Source: Candidatus Zambryskibacteria bacterium RIFCSPLOWO2_12_FULL_39_16
Lineage (GTDB): Bacteria > Patescibacteriota > Minisyncoccia > Phycocordibacterales > WO2-35-19
Direction: 5' to 3'
Assembly: GCA_001824215.1 (NCBI GenBank)
Contig: MHWS01000005.1
Span: forward strand, 1,219 to 43,881
DNA: 42,663 nucleotides
Positions within the stretch are counted from its first letter, which is position 1, and every line of letters starts with the position of its first letter. Positions 17,935 to 27,230 of the stretch are shown here, piece after piece. The position numbers and the translations under genes were made by a program. The notes under the pieces were generated by a model that was given only the letters and a program-made list of their open reading frames with translations, made no database searches and was not told the origin of the DNA.

Positions 17935-18004
17935 AATAATTTGTATTAAATTTTATTAATTAATAACCAATAACAGTTATTAATTATATAGCAAAAAAAG
18001 CAAA

Positions 18005-18475
18005 CTACCAAGCGAAGTGAGCAAAGGCTTTGTTGGCTTCGGCCATTTTGTGGACGTTTTCGCGTTTCTTGATAGCCTCCCCTTCATTTTTGCTGGCAAG
18101 GATAATTTCTTCTGAAAGTTTTTCGGCCATCGGTTTACCCTTTTTTGCCTTGGCGGCTTCAATTATCCATTTCATTGAAAGATAGGTCCTTCTTTCCGGT
18201 CTAACTTCTCTTGGAACCTGATAGTTTGCTCCACCAACCCTGCGAGAACGAACTTCCATAGTCGGTCCGGTATTTTTAAGAGCAGCGTCAAATATTTCCA
18301 TTGGACTTTCTACTTTGGTCTTTTCTTTTATCAAATCAAAGGCGGTATAAACTATCTTTCTGGCTGTGTTTTTCTTACCCCTCTGCATCACATAATTTAT
18401 AAACTTCTCTACTTTTTGAGAATTAAAAATTATATCTGGCTTTGGTATATTTCTGTTTTTGACAGCTCCTCTCAT
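18005..18475 (-). CDS. rpsG: 30S ribosomal protein S7
   Basis: EVRSRRVGGANYQVP, HKMAEANKAFAH. Confidence 0.99.
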   Translation of the reverse strand: MRGAVKNRNIPKPDIIFNSQKVEKFINYVMQRGKKNTARKIVYTAFDLIKEKTKVESPMEIFDAALKNTGPTMEVRSRRVGGANYQVPREVRPERRTYLSMKWIIEAAKAKKGKPMAEKLSEEIILASKNEGEAIKKRENVHKMAEANKAFAHFAW

Positions 18476-18478
18476 ATT

Positions 18479-18895
18479 TTATTTCGCACTCTTAGGTTTT
18501 TTAACACCATAACTTGATCTAGAAGTCATTCTCTTGTCTACTCCTCCGGCATCAAGTCTGCCTCTGACTATGGTGTATCGCACCCCGATATCTTTTACCC
18601 TGCCACCGCGAAGCATCACTACGGAATGTTCCTGCAAATTGTGTCCAATACCAGGGATGTAAGCTGTCACCTCCATACCGTTAGTCAAACGAACTCTAGC
18701 GATTTTTCTGATAGCTGAGTTTGGTTTTCTTGGGGTTTTGGTAGTTACTTTGGTGCAAACACCACGTTTAAAGGGAGAAGGGTAATAAACCGGTCTGTTT
18801 TTAATAGTATTAAAGCCACGCGCCAAAGCCACCGCTTTTGATTTAGAGCGCAAAATTTTTCTTTTTTTCCTTTTTAACTGATTGATTGTCGGCAT
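18479..18895 (-). CDS. rpsL: 30S ribosomal protein S12
   Basis: [33 protein letters not shown]. Confidence 0.99.
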   Translation of the reverse strand: MPTINQLKRKKRKILRSKSKAVALARGFNTIKNRPVYYPSPFKRGVCTKVTTKTPRKPNSAIRKIARVRLTNGMEVTAYIPGIGHNLQEHSVVMLRGGRVKDIGVRYTIVRGRLDAGGVDKRMTSRSSYGVKKPKSAK

Positions 18896-18978
18896 AGAAT
18901 AAAATCAGCCAATTTGGCTGAAGTACTAATATAATATATCACACACAAAAATGCAAACGGGTTTCTCTACTCTACAAA

Positions 18979-19365
18979 TTAATTATTCCTAAGCATCGTC
19001 TTCACTTTTTCAACCACATCATCCATACTCTCATTTGTTTTTATAAGGTATGCCAAACTATTATCTTCAACTGCTCGCGCAATGGCCTCGGTATTTTCAA
19101 TTACAGTAAGCATTATGACTTTTGCTCCTTTGCCCCATTCATCTTCTCTTAATTTCTTAAGCATTTCCCATCCGTTTAATATAGGCATTATAATATCAAG
19201 TAATATGACATCAGGATGTGTTTTAAGAGCTTTTTCCAATCCTTCTTCGCCATTAGACGCGCCGATCGCATAAAAGCCGGACATATTCAACTTATCGATC
19301 AACACAGTTCTCAAATTATCATCATCATCAACTACAAGAACATTTTTTTTATCTGTTTTTTCCAT
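18979..19365 (-). CDS. Stand-alone response regulator receiver
   Basis: VLVVDDD, PDVILLDIIMP, VIMLT, YLIK. Confidence 0.93.
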   Translation of the reverse strand: MEKTDKKNVLVVDDDDNLRTVLIDKLNMSGFYAIGASNGEEGLEKALKTHPDVILLDIIMPILNGWEMLKKLREDEWGKGAKVIMLTVIENTEAIARAVEDNSLAYLIKTNESMDDVVEKVKTMLRNN

Positions 19366-19381
19366 ATGTATAGTTTAGTCT

Positions 19382-20707
19382 CTAAAGTTTAATTGTAAAG
19401 GTGCTACCTTTATTTTCTTCAGATATAAAAGAGATACTGCCACCCATTGTCTCCACGATTGATTTTACCAGATAAAGACCTAAACCGGTACCTTGAATAC
19501 CTTTCAAATCGTGTACATTTCTCGCTCGAAACATCTTAGTGAATATTTTATCTTGCTCGCTTTTTGGGATACCAATCCCTGTGTCAGAAACAATGATAGA
19601 TTTGCCCGTGAAAGAATCTTTAAAACTTATCGTGACAACGCCATCCGTTGGTGTATATTTTACCGCATTGGACACAAGGTTTTGTATTACTATGCGCAAT
19701 AGTTTTGGATCACTCCGTATATTTTTCAAATTATCGTTGTATTGCTTGTTGATACTTAACTTTTTTTCTTCAATTTGAGATGAAAGTTCAACCAATACGC
19801 TTTCGGTAATCTCAATGACGTTGGTTGATTTTGATTCGACTTTGATAGAACCAATTTCAACTCTTGAGACATTTAAGAGAGCATCTATAAGGTCGATCAT
19901 TTCTTCGTTTACTTTGAATACTATATTTAGATAATCTTTCTGTTTTATGGAAAGTTCTCCCAGATTACCAGATAGCAACATGTCTATATACCATTTGACA
20001 GTAGAGACCGGTGTCTTTAGTTGATGTGAAGCGAGGGATACGAATTCTGTTTTGGCTTGGTCTAACTGTTTTTGTTCGGTTATATCAAAAATAGTAGCCA
20101 ATCCTGTGCGTCCAGAACCCCCAAACGCCTCCATTTCAAAAACAGACAAGAGTACCCACTTTACGGAACCATCTTTGATAATCATTCGCATTTCTTCCCT
20201 ATTAATAGGCACTTTTGATTTGTAATACTGAAAAAATCTTTCTGTTTTATCCAAATCTTCTTTGGACCCATAAGAGAACAAATTTTTACCTTCAATTTCT
20301 TTCAAAACTCCTCCAAAGAAACGCAAAGCCGCCTTGTTTGGGTTACATATTTCTCCTTTATCATTTAAGGTGACATATGGTACAGGGGCTCCATCATAGA
20401 TTTTTACAAATTGCTCCCGTGACGCATCAAGAGATTCGGTAGCTTTTAGGATCATAAGTTCCGCCCGGGTGCGCAATGTCAATAACAAATAAATAATAAA
20501 CGATATAAGAACGCAAATTACAATAAGTGAGGTATAGACAACAAAAAATTGAATCTCCTCGAGTGATAATCCGGTACTAAAATATCTGTAGGGATTTATC
20601 AAAACGTCTTTAATCAGAGAGAACGAAACAAGAACAATACCAAGGAGAACAATAAGTATGGTTGATGAGATGGTTATATGTTCAGTCAAAATAAGACTTT
20701 TTCGCAT
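19382..20707 (-). CDS. Membrane PAS-domain sensor histidine kinase
   Basis: Two TM helices, PAS region, ASHQLKTP H-box, NLVSNAVKY, DTGIGIP, GTGLGL. Confidence 0.93.
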   Translation of the reverse strand: MRKSLILTEHITISSTILIVLLGIVLVSFSLIKDVLINPYRYFSTGLSLEEIQFFVVYTSLIVICVLISFIIYLLLTLRTRAELMILKATESLDASREQFVKIYDGAPVPYVTLNDKGEICNPNKAALRFFGGVLKEIEGKNLFSYGSKEDLDKTERFFQYYKSKVPINREEMRMIIKDGSVKWVLLSVFEMEAFGGSGRTGLATIFDITEQKQLDQAKTEFVSLASHQLKTPVSTVKWYIDMLLSGNLGELSIKQKDYLNIVFKVNEEMIDLIDALLNVSRVEIGSIKVESKSTNVIEITESVLVELSSQIEEKKLSINKQYNDNLKNIRSDPKLLRIVIQNLVSNAVKYTPTDGVVTISFKDSFTGKSIIVSDTGIGIPKSEQDKIFTKMFRARNVHDLKGIQGTGLGLYLVKSIVETMGGSISFISEENKGSTFTIKL

Positions 20708-20715
20708 AATGTACT

Positions 20716-21327
20716 CTAAAACACCGATTGATTAACCAAAAAAGTAAATACCCAATATATTATTGGTGTTAAAAAATGCCAGAAAAAAAATATGAATATT
20801 AAAATAAAAATGAATCCGGATATTTCAAAAGATTGCCGCAAATTTTGCCATTTGTAAGGTAAAATAGCGAAAAGTATCTTAGAGCCATCAAGAGGTGGGA
20901 TGGGCACTAGATTGAATACAGCCAAAGTAATATTTATAAAAACAACATATTCAGCAAGACTTAAAAAAGTCTGACTCATTAACGTTTGTCCGGTAAATCT
21001 TATAACAAGCCCAAAAATAATAGCCAAAGCAATGTTTGAAAGAGGTCCGGCTATGGCGACCAAAGCTTCTCCCCATTTTTGATTTCTTAAATTGTAAGGA
21101 TTAAAAGGCACTGGCTTAGCCCAGCCAATAATAAAACCTCCAACAAAATATCCTAAAAGCGGCACTAAAAACGAGCCGATGGGGTCAAGATGAGAAATAG
21201 GATTGAGGGTCAAGCGGCCTTGATATTTGGCAGTCGGGTCGCCTAAAGCCAAGGCAGCATAGCCATGTGAGACCTCATGAATAACCACTGACATTACCAG
21301 AATCGCGATTACAAAGATAAATTCCAT
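20716..21327 (-). CDS. Site-2 protease family (M50) membrane metalloprotease
   Basis: HEVSH, AGPLSN, FNLVPIPPLDG; ATG at 21327 lies 6 nt after TGnTAAAAT (21333 is an alternative start). Confidence 0.92.
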   Translation of the reverse strand: MEFIFVIAILVMSVVIHEVSHGYAALALGDPTAKYQGRLTLNPISHLDPIGSFLVPLLGYFVGGFIIGWAKPVPFNPYNLRNQKWGEALVAIAGPLSNIALAIIFGLVIRFTGQTLMSQTFLSLAEYVVFINITLAVFNLVPIPPLDGSKILFAILPYKWQNLRQSFEISGFIFILIFIFFFWHFLTPIIYWVFTFLVNQSVF

Positions 21328-21383
21328 GGCCATATTTTAACATATTTGATTAATAATTTTAATATGATAGTATTGTAGCCGCT

Positions 21384-21626
21384 ATGGCAAAAATTTGTGC
21401 AATAACAGGAAAATCATCCCAAATGGGCGGCTCTTATTCAAACAGGACTAGAGCTACTCAATTCAATCCTTGCGGCAACTCAAGGAAGTTTGCTAATTTG
21501 CAGAAAAAGAAAATTTTTGTGGCGGAACTCAACAAATCTTTCAATTTGGTTATTTCCACTACAGCCATCAAAACTATCCAAAAAAATGGCGCTTACGCTA
21601 CTCTAAAGAAAGCCGGTATAATATAA
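21384..21626 (+). CDS. rpmB: 50S ribosomal protein L28
   Basis: MAKICAITGK, RKFANLQKKKIF, STTAIKTIQKNG. Confidence 0.88.
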   Translation: MAKICAITGKSSQMGGSYSNRTRATQFNPCGNSRKFANLQKKKIFVAELNKSFNLVISTTAIKTIQKNGAYATLKKAGII

Positions 21627-21652
21627 AAAAGTAAAATTTTGTGTTTCTGTTT

Positions 21653-22507
21653 TTATTTTAATTTCAAATTAGTACCATCGCTTTTGAAGACGATGATACC
21701 AAGTTCGTCGGTTCGCAATATTTTGATGCCAAAATTGTTTAAAATATCCAACACTTCTTGGTGTGGGTGAGTATATCTATTGTTTTTACCTGCTGAAATA
21801 ACGGTATGTTGCGGAGCAACTGCCCTAACAAATTCATCACTGCTTGAAGTTTTTGATCCATGATGGCCAGCTTTTAGGACATCGCTTTGTAATCCACCCA
21901 AAGAAACAAGATAATCTTCAATAGCAATCGGTGAATCGCCTGTAAGCATAAATTCATTTTCTCCATAAACAAGTTTCGCCACAATAGATGACATATTGGT
22001 ATTCGTGCCAGGCGAGTCTATGACTGGAAAAAGAATTTGTAAGATAGCTCCATCTCCTAAATCAACTACCATTCCCCTTCTTGCCAATATTTTTTTAATG
22101 TTTGATTTATTGTTGCCAACCATTTTTTCAAGTTCTTCATATGAAGAAGAGGGACCGGATAACCCCGGCTCCATAAAAATGTTTACTTTATAATTTTTTA
22201 AAACATTAGGTAAACCGCCAACATGGTCCTGATCGGCATGAGTAGCAATAACAACATCAATTGATCTATCATAAAAAGGCATAACTTTTGATAATTCCCG
22301 GAGCACCGATTTGCCGGGACCTCCATCAATGAGCATTTGATTACCACTTGGGGCATCAATAAATATAGCGTCTCCTTGGCCGATATCGAGAAATGCGACA
22401 GTCAAGATACCACCTCTATCCTCCCTGGAAGCTGCATAAACAGAAAAAGCAGCTCCAAGTAATAGAATGACCAATATGACCAGTCTTAATCTAAGGGTTT
22501 TCATCAT
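21653..22507 (-). CDS. ComEC-type metallo-beta-lactamase fold protein (stand-alone C-terminal ComEC domain)
   Basis: FLDIGQGDA, THADQDHVGG, LTGD, LKAGHHGS, SAGKNNRYTHP. Confidence 0.92.
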   Translation of the reverse strand: MMKTLRLRLVILVILLLGAAFSVYAASREDRGGILTVAFLDIGQGDAIFIDAPSGNQMLIDGGPGKSVLRELSKVMPFYDRSIDVVIATHADQDHVGGLPNVLKNYKVNIFMEPGLSGPSSSYEELEKMVGNNKSNIKKILARRGMVVDLGDGAILQILFPVIDSPGTNTNMSSIVAKLVYGENEFMLTGDSPIAIEDYLVSLGGLQSDVLKAGHHGSKTSSSDEFVRAVAPQHTVISAGKNNRYTHPHQEVLDILNNFGIKILRTDELGIIVFKSDGTNLKLK

Positions 22508-22553
22508 TTAAATGATATAATAAGAATACAATATTATAAATAAATCGAAATAA

Positions 22554-22598
22554 GGTCGCACTCTAATCGACGTATCGTGCGACATGATTTCGCTAAAT
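22554..22598 (+). promoter_or_regulatory. Conserved 5'-leader hairpin motif, copy 1 (before sod)
   Basis: GGTCGCACTCTAATCGACGTATCGTGCGACATGATTTCGCTAAAT, 3 nt before ATG 22602. Confidence 0.75.
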
Positions 22599-22601
22599 CA
22601 A

Positions 22602-23198
22602 ATGCAAAAGTTTGAAGAGAAAAAGTTCAACATTCCAAAATTAAAAGGTATTTCGGAGAAAACTATTGAAGAACATCTGAAACTTTATGTCGGGTATGTA
22701 AAAAACTCGAATCTTATTTTGGAGCACATTGAGGAACTTGTAAAAGATGCGGATAAATACGCTTACGAATTGGGTGAAATACAGAGAAGATTTTCTTTTG
22801 AATACAACGGTATGAGAAATCATGAAGTTTATTTTGATTCGTTTTCAAATGAAGCAAAAAATCTCAATGACGAAAGTGAGCTTAAAAAACAAATTAAGTC
22901 TGATCTTGGATCTTTTGAATTATGGTTAAACAGATTTAAAGCGATTGCCCTCACCCGCGGGGTTGGTTGGGCAATGCTTTGGTATGACAGAGGAGACAAA
23001 AGACTTCTTGCTTCTTGGGTTGATGAACAACATCTAGGACAGCTTTCGGGCTGTACGCCAATTCTTGCTCTTGATATGTGGGAACATTCTTATGTTGCTG
23101 ACTACCAGCCAAGCGGCAAGAAAAATTATATTGAAGATTTTTTTGCAAACCTAAATTGGGAAAATGTTGAGAATAATTTCTCAAAAGCACTCAAATAA
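22602..23198 (+). CDS. Fe/Mn superoxide dismutase family protein
   Basis: EEHLKLYVGYV, RNHEVYF, GVGWA, LDMWEHSY metal ligands; in-frame ATG at 22584 is an alternative start. Confidence 0.9.
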   Translation: MQKFEEKKFNIPKLKGISEKTIEEHLKLYVGYVKNSNLILEHIEELVKDADKYAYELGEIQRRFSFEYNGMRNHEVYFDSFSNEAKNLNDESELKKQIKSDLGSFELWLNRFKAIALTRGVGWAMLWYDRGDKRLLASWVDEQHLGQLSGCTPILALDMWEHSYVADYQPSGKKNYIEDFFANLNWENVENNFSKALK

Positions 23199-23224
23199 TC
23201 TTGAGACGAGACTTGCGCAGGCTG

Positions 23225-23280
23225 ACTGAGCCGAGCACAGCAAAAATTCACCAGAATTTTATGCGTGTCGAGACGAAAGT
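23225..23280. repeat. Long hairpin with two tandem-GA internal loops, overlapping the comEC stop codon
   Basis: ACT-GA-GCC-GA-GCAC-A-GCA-AAAATTC-ACCA-GAATTTT-A-TGC-GTGTC-GA-GAC-GA-A-AGT. Confidence 0.65.
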
Positions 23281-24749
23281 TTATTTGAGTGCTTTAGTTT
23301 TTTGTTTATTTTATAAAACAAAATAGCGTAACCCAAGTACCAAATAAAAACCACCCAAAGAGGCAATGCGCCGATTGAAATAGTGGCGAAAGGTACCCGA
23401 GCTCCAAATTCGGTAATGCTGATTATTATCTGGGTAAGAAGATATGAGAGAGCGCCAAACGGCCAAGATGAAATTTGAGAAAAAATTCCTAAAGCGCCGG
23501 TTGTCGCTCCGAGAGCCATTGCCCACGGCACCAAAGGTAAAACAATTGGATTGATAATAAAAGAAATTAAAGAAACAAAACCAGACATTCTAATAAGTAT
23601 TGGCAAGACAAAAAACTGAACAGCTAAAGTAGACGAGACAATCTCCCGCAATCCAAATTTTGTCGTAATAAATTTTTGAAATTTATGCTCGGAGATGAAA
23701 GATAAAATCAAAGGAGAGAATAATATAAGCCCCAAAGTTGCCATAAAAGAAAGCTGGAAAGACGGGTCATAAAAAAGAATCAGCGGATTCCAAATAAGCA
23801 TGAAAAATCCTGCAATAAAGAGCCAGCGCAAAGCATCTGCCGGTCTGCCTAAAAATCTGGCAAGGATGGCGATAAGGGCCATGATACAAGCTCTGATAAC
23901 TGTGGCCCCAAGACCGACCATCACAGCAAATAAAATAATTGAAACAGCGCTTATTGCAAAACCAATATTTCTTTTGCCGAGAAAGGACGCCAGATAAAAA
24001 ATACCAATAGCGATAATAGTAATATTGTATCCGGAAAGAACGACAATATGAATCAGGCCCGCTTTTTTGAAATCATCCAATAATTCTTGCCCTAAAGATT
24101 GTTTGACCCCAAAAATAACTCCACCAAGAAGCGAAGAATTCGGCTCCGGTACAACGGCAGATATTTTTTCAATAAAAATATTTTTTATTGAATATAAAAA
24201 AGAAATTGTTTTATTACCTTCTCCACTTCCTATTTTTTCAATTTGTGGATAATAGATTAAAAAATGGATTTTATCTTTTGAAAGATAGGAAATATAATCA
24301 AATTCAACACCGTTATCACTCTCAAAATTTTTTGGTAAGTCCAATTTGCCAGAAACCTTCACTTTGTCTCCATATTGAAATTCGGGGAAGCGGTTTGCTA
24401 TTAATAATACAAGACTTTTAGAAGATATTGGTCTTACCGTGTAACGCGCGGAAGTATCTCTGACATCAGGCTCTTCAAGGATGGCCACTTCAAAAGAAAT
24501 TTTTTGGCCAATGGATTGAGAGAGACTTTGATCGGGAGAAACATCCAAGAAAGCCATTCTTAAAACTCCAAGACAAAGAGCAATGCCGACTATAAAAAAT
24601 ATTTTGGCTAATTTGGAGTTATCTCTCCAAATTACTAAAGTTAAAACTGAAGATAAAATTAAAACAAAAAAACCAATGCTCCATCCAAAATGAAAAATTT
24701 CTTCAAATACAATCCCTATGGTAAATGAAACAACAAATGGATAGATCAT
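23259..24749 (-). CDS. comEC: ComEC/Rec2 competence membrane protein (lacks MBL domain)
   Basis: Multi-TM; GLIHIVVLSGYN, VIRACIMA, DPSFQLSFMAT. Confidence 0.93.
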   Translation of the reverse strand: MIYPFVVSFTIGIVFEEIFHFGWSIGFFVLILSSVLTLVIWRDNSKLAKIFFIVGIALCLGVLRMAFLDVSPDQSLSQSIGQKISFEVAILEEPDVRDTSARYTVRPISSKSLVLLIANRFPEFQYGDKVKVSGKLDLPKNFESDNGVEFDYISYLSKDKIHFLIYYPQIEKIGSGEGNKTISFLYSIKNIFIEKISAVVPEPNSSLLGGVIFGVKQSLGQELLDDFKKAGLIHIVVLSGYNITIIAIGIFYLASFLGKRNIGFAISAVSIILFAVMVGLGATVIRACIMALIAILARFLGRPADALRWLFIAGFFMLIWNPLILFYDPSFQLSFMATLGLILFSPLILSFISEHKFQKFITTKFGLREIVSSTLAVQFFVLPILIRMSGFVSLISFIINPIVLPLVPWAMALGATTGALGIFSQISSWPFGALSYLLTQIIISITEFGARVPFATISIGALPLWVVFIWYLGYAILFYKINKKLKHSNKLSSRHA

Positions 24750-24750
24750 A

Positions 24751-24872
24751 ACCTCACCCCTTACCCCTCTCCTGGATGCAGGAGAGGGAAAACATATCTC
24801 ATAATATCTATAACCTCCAGATTTCTTCCTCCTCCCTTCCCCTGCGCCTAGGGGAAGGGCTGGGGATGAGGT
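24751..24872. repeat. Inverted pair of REP-like CCCTCTCC..GGAGAGGG-nn-GGGGTGAGG elements
   Basis: 24751-24788 (minus orientation) and 24834-24872 (plus orientation); third copy at 40086-40124. Confidence 0.85.
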
Positions 24873-24874
24873 TT

Positions 24875-25354
24875 TTAATGAAACAAATCATATCCTGATT
24901 TTGAACCATTGTAGAATACCACTTTTTCGTTATCAGCAAAATCAGTCGCTATCTCATCACATCTTTCATTAAACTCATGGCCGGAATGGCCCAAAACTTT
25001 TTTCCATTCGACTTTCTTTTTTTGAACTTCTTTCAAAAGCTCTTGCCACAAATCTTTATTTAAAACTCCTTTCTTGTTTTTGGTTCTCCAATTATTTTTT
25101 TGCCAATTTTTTATCCAAATAGTTATACCTTTCATCAAATATTCTGAATCTGTTTGCATCTCTATTTTTGAGTTTTCTGGAATGCTTTGAAGCGCTTTGA
25201 TCGCCGCTATCATCTCCATTCTGTTGTTTGTGGTTTGCTCTTCCCTGCCCCCAATTTCTTTTACACGCTCTCCATCGAAAATAATCACTCCCCATCCTCC
25301 CGGCCCAGGATTGCCTTTTGACGACCCATCTATATAAACAATTATTTTATTCAT
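24875..25354 (-). CDS. rnhA: Ribonuclease HI
   Basis: YIDGSSKGNPGPGGWG, TTNNRME, TDSEY, NKDLW, GHSG..NERCD. Confidence 0.96.
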   Translation of the reverse strand: MNKIIVYIDGSSKGNPGPGGWGVIIFDGERVKEIGGREEQTTNNRMEMIAAIKALQSIPENSKIEMQTDSEYLMKGITIWIKNWQKNNWRTKNKKGVLNKDLWQELLKEVQKKKVEWKKVLGHSGHEFNERCDEIATDFADNEKVVFYNGSKSGYDLFH

Positions 25355-25450
25355 CCCGTTAGAATTTTTGTTTACTTAAATTACGTAATAATACGATTAT
25401 ATGCATAATAACATTTTTACTCCATTTGATGCATGTAAAACTCTAACGGG
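25355..25450. mobile_element. MITE-like element with CCCGTTAGA terminal inverted repeats, flanked by AT
   Basis: ATCCCGTTAGAATTTT ... AAAACTCTAACGGGAT (15/16 inverted match); fills the whole recJ-rnhA gap. Confidence 0.7.
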
Positions 25451-25451
25451 A

Positions 25452-27206
25452 TCATGAAAAGAAATCAACTATACGGAGGCGGATTTCGACTGAGTTGTTG
25501 TAAAAAGATTTTTCAATGTTGGCCACTATGTTTGTTTTTATGCCTTCTTTTAAAGAGTCACCAAACTGGTCGGGAGAAGTAAAAAAAGAAATGGCTCTTA
25601 TGGTACTTCCGCCGTCGCGCAAATTTATTGAAAGATGTTCTTTGGCTTTGCCAAAACGGTTTATTTTCTCCGGCAAAATGTCTCTAAAAATAAATAGTGG
25701 TTTTTCGTTACCCATTCCAAAAGGAGCTAAGCTCAGAATCTCAGAAACTGAACTTTCTGAAATATCCTTTAAACTTAATTCGGCATCAACTAAAACCTGC
25801 CCGACTGAGTCGTTCAGGCGGGTTTCTATGCTTGCCTCAATAAGCACATCTTCAAGAGTATGAATTTTTTCATGACTAACAGAGAAGCCGCCGGACAATT
25901 TATGGCCTCCAAATTCAATAAAATGACCTTTGACTCTCCCCATCAAAGCAACGAGGTCTACCAAACCATCCGACCTGCAAGATCCTTTCAAAATTTTCTC
26001 TGCTTCGTCCGCTATAGATTCATCATGAGCGCGACCCCAAAGAAAAACCGGCCGATTGTATTCTTCCGCTATTGAGTTGGCCACCAGACCTAAAAGAGCT
26101 GGCCGCCAAAGAGGATTACCCAAAACTATGATTGGTTTCTCTCCAAAATTTTCAAACTTTTCTTTTATTTTTTTCTTGGCTTCTTTTACCATACTAGTCA
26201 CCGCTCCTTTTCTCTCATTGTTTATATTATCCAAATGTTTTACAAAAACTTCGGCTTCCACTTCATCGGTTGCTGTCAAAAGTTTAAAAGCGTCCCTAGG
26301 GTGACCCATCCGAGAAGCGGCATTGATGCGAGGAGTGATCATAAAAGTTATATCGTCTTCACTTATATTATTTTTATTTATTTTAAGGGTACTAAAAAGT
26401 CTAGAAAGTCCGGGACGCCTACTTTTTCGCAAAACAGAGAGACCAAAGTGAGCGAGCGCCCTATTTTCCCCAACCAGAGGCACCATATCTGAAAGTGTCG
26501 CCAAACCTACCAAATCAAGCAGCCATTTTTCTTTACCTTCCTTTAACAAATCCCTTTTTGTCTGAAGTATTGCTTCAATTAATTTCCAAACAACACCCGA
26601 ACCGCAAAGTATTTTTTCGGGGTATTTAGAATTTGCTCTTTTGGGATTAATTATGGCAAAAGCCTTTGGTAAACTGTCAGATTGCTTACTCGGAAGCGAG
26701 GCAGGCTCGTGGTGGTCGGTAATGATAACTTCCATTCCCATTTTTTTGGCATAATCAATTTCCTTATGATTTCTTATACCACAATCAATTGTTATCAAAA
26801 GTTTTACCCCATCTTTTGATAGTTCTTCTATTCCTTCATTATTAAGACCATAACCTTCAAGGTGTCTGTCGGGAATATAATTTATAAAATTATTAAGACC
26901 AATCAGTTTGAAAAAATCGTGAAGCAAAGCCCCACCGGGGATACCATCAGCATCATAATCGCTCCAAATGCCTATTCGTTCATTGTTTTCAAAAGCTCTC
27001 AAAATCCTACCCACCGTTTTCTTCATGTGAGATAAAAGAAACGGGTCATGCAGATGGTTTACAAAATCGGGCCGGAGAAAAGCTCCAGCTTCTTTCTTGG
27101 TTTTAATTCCTCTATTGCTCAGAAGCTGGGCTGTTAAAGTATTGTAATTCTCCAATTCTTTCTCTTTTTTTCCTATTTTCTTCTTTGCTGTATATTTTTT
27201 AGACAT
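25452..27206 (-). CDS. recJ: Single-stranded DNA exonuclease RecJ
   Basis: SDYDADG, ITIDCG, ITDHH, LSDMVPL, PRINAASR, GSCRS, FGGH; start moved to MSKKY (27206) to avoid overlap with the HIT gene. Confidence 0.95.
   Translation of the reverse strand: MSKKYTAKKKIGKKEKELENYNTLTAQLLSNRGIKTKKEAGAFLRPDFVNHLHDPFLLSHMKKTVGRILRAFENNERIGIWSDYDADGIPGGALLHDFFKLIGLNNFINYIPDRHLEGYGLNNEGIEELSKDGVKLLITIDCGIRNHKEIDYAKKMGMEVIITDHHEPASLPSKQSDSLPKAFAIINPKRANSKYPEKILCGSGVVWKLIEAILQTKRDLLKEGKEKWLLDLVGLATLSDMVPLVGENRALAHFGLSVLRKSRRPGLSRLFSTLKINKNNISEDDITFMITPRINAASRMGHPRDAFKLLTATDEVEAEVFVKHLDNINNERKGAVTSMVKEAKKKIKEKFENFGEKPIIVLGNPLWRPALLGLVANSIAEEYNRPVFLWGRAHDESIADEAEKILKGSCRSDGLVDLVALMGRVKGHFIEFGGHKLSGGFSVSHEKIHTLEDVLIEASIETRLNDSVGQVLVDAELSLKDISESSVSEILSLAPFGMGNEKPLFIFRDILPEKINRFGKAKEHLSINLRDGGSTIRAISFFTSPDQFGDSLKEGIKTNIVANIEKSFYNNSVEIRLRIVDFFS
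25795..25823. repeat. In-frame palindromic element in recJ
   Basis: ACCTGCC-CGACTGAGTCG-TTCA-GGCGGGT; encodes TRLNDSVGQ. Confidence 0.7.
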
Positions 27207-27230
27207 AGAAATGATGATACCATATATGTA
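27207..27230. promoter_or_regulatory. Putative bidirectional overlapping extended -10 promoters (recJ / HIT)
   Basis: Plus strand TG-A-TACCAT 7 nt before ATG 27231; minus strand TG-G-TATCAT 7 nt before ATG 27206. Confidence 0.55.

Noticed and set aside
18905..18921. Palindrome TCAGCCAA-T-TTGGCTGA before rpsL
   Set aside because: Single short copy; cannot distinguish terminator, operator or chance.
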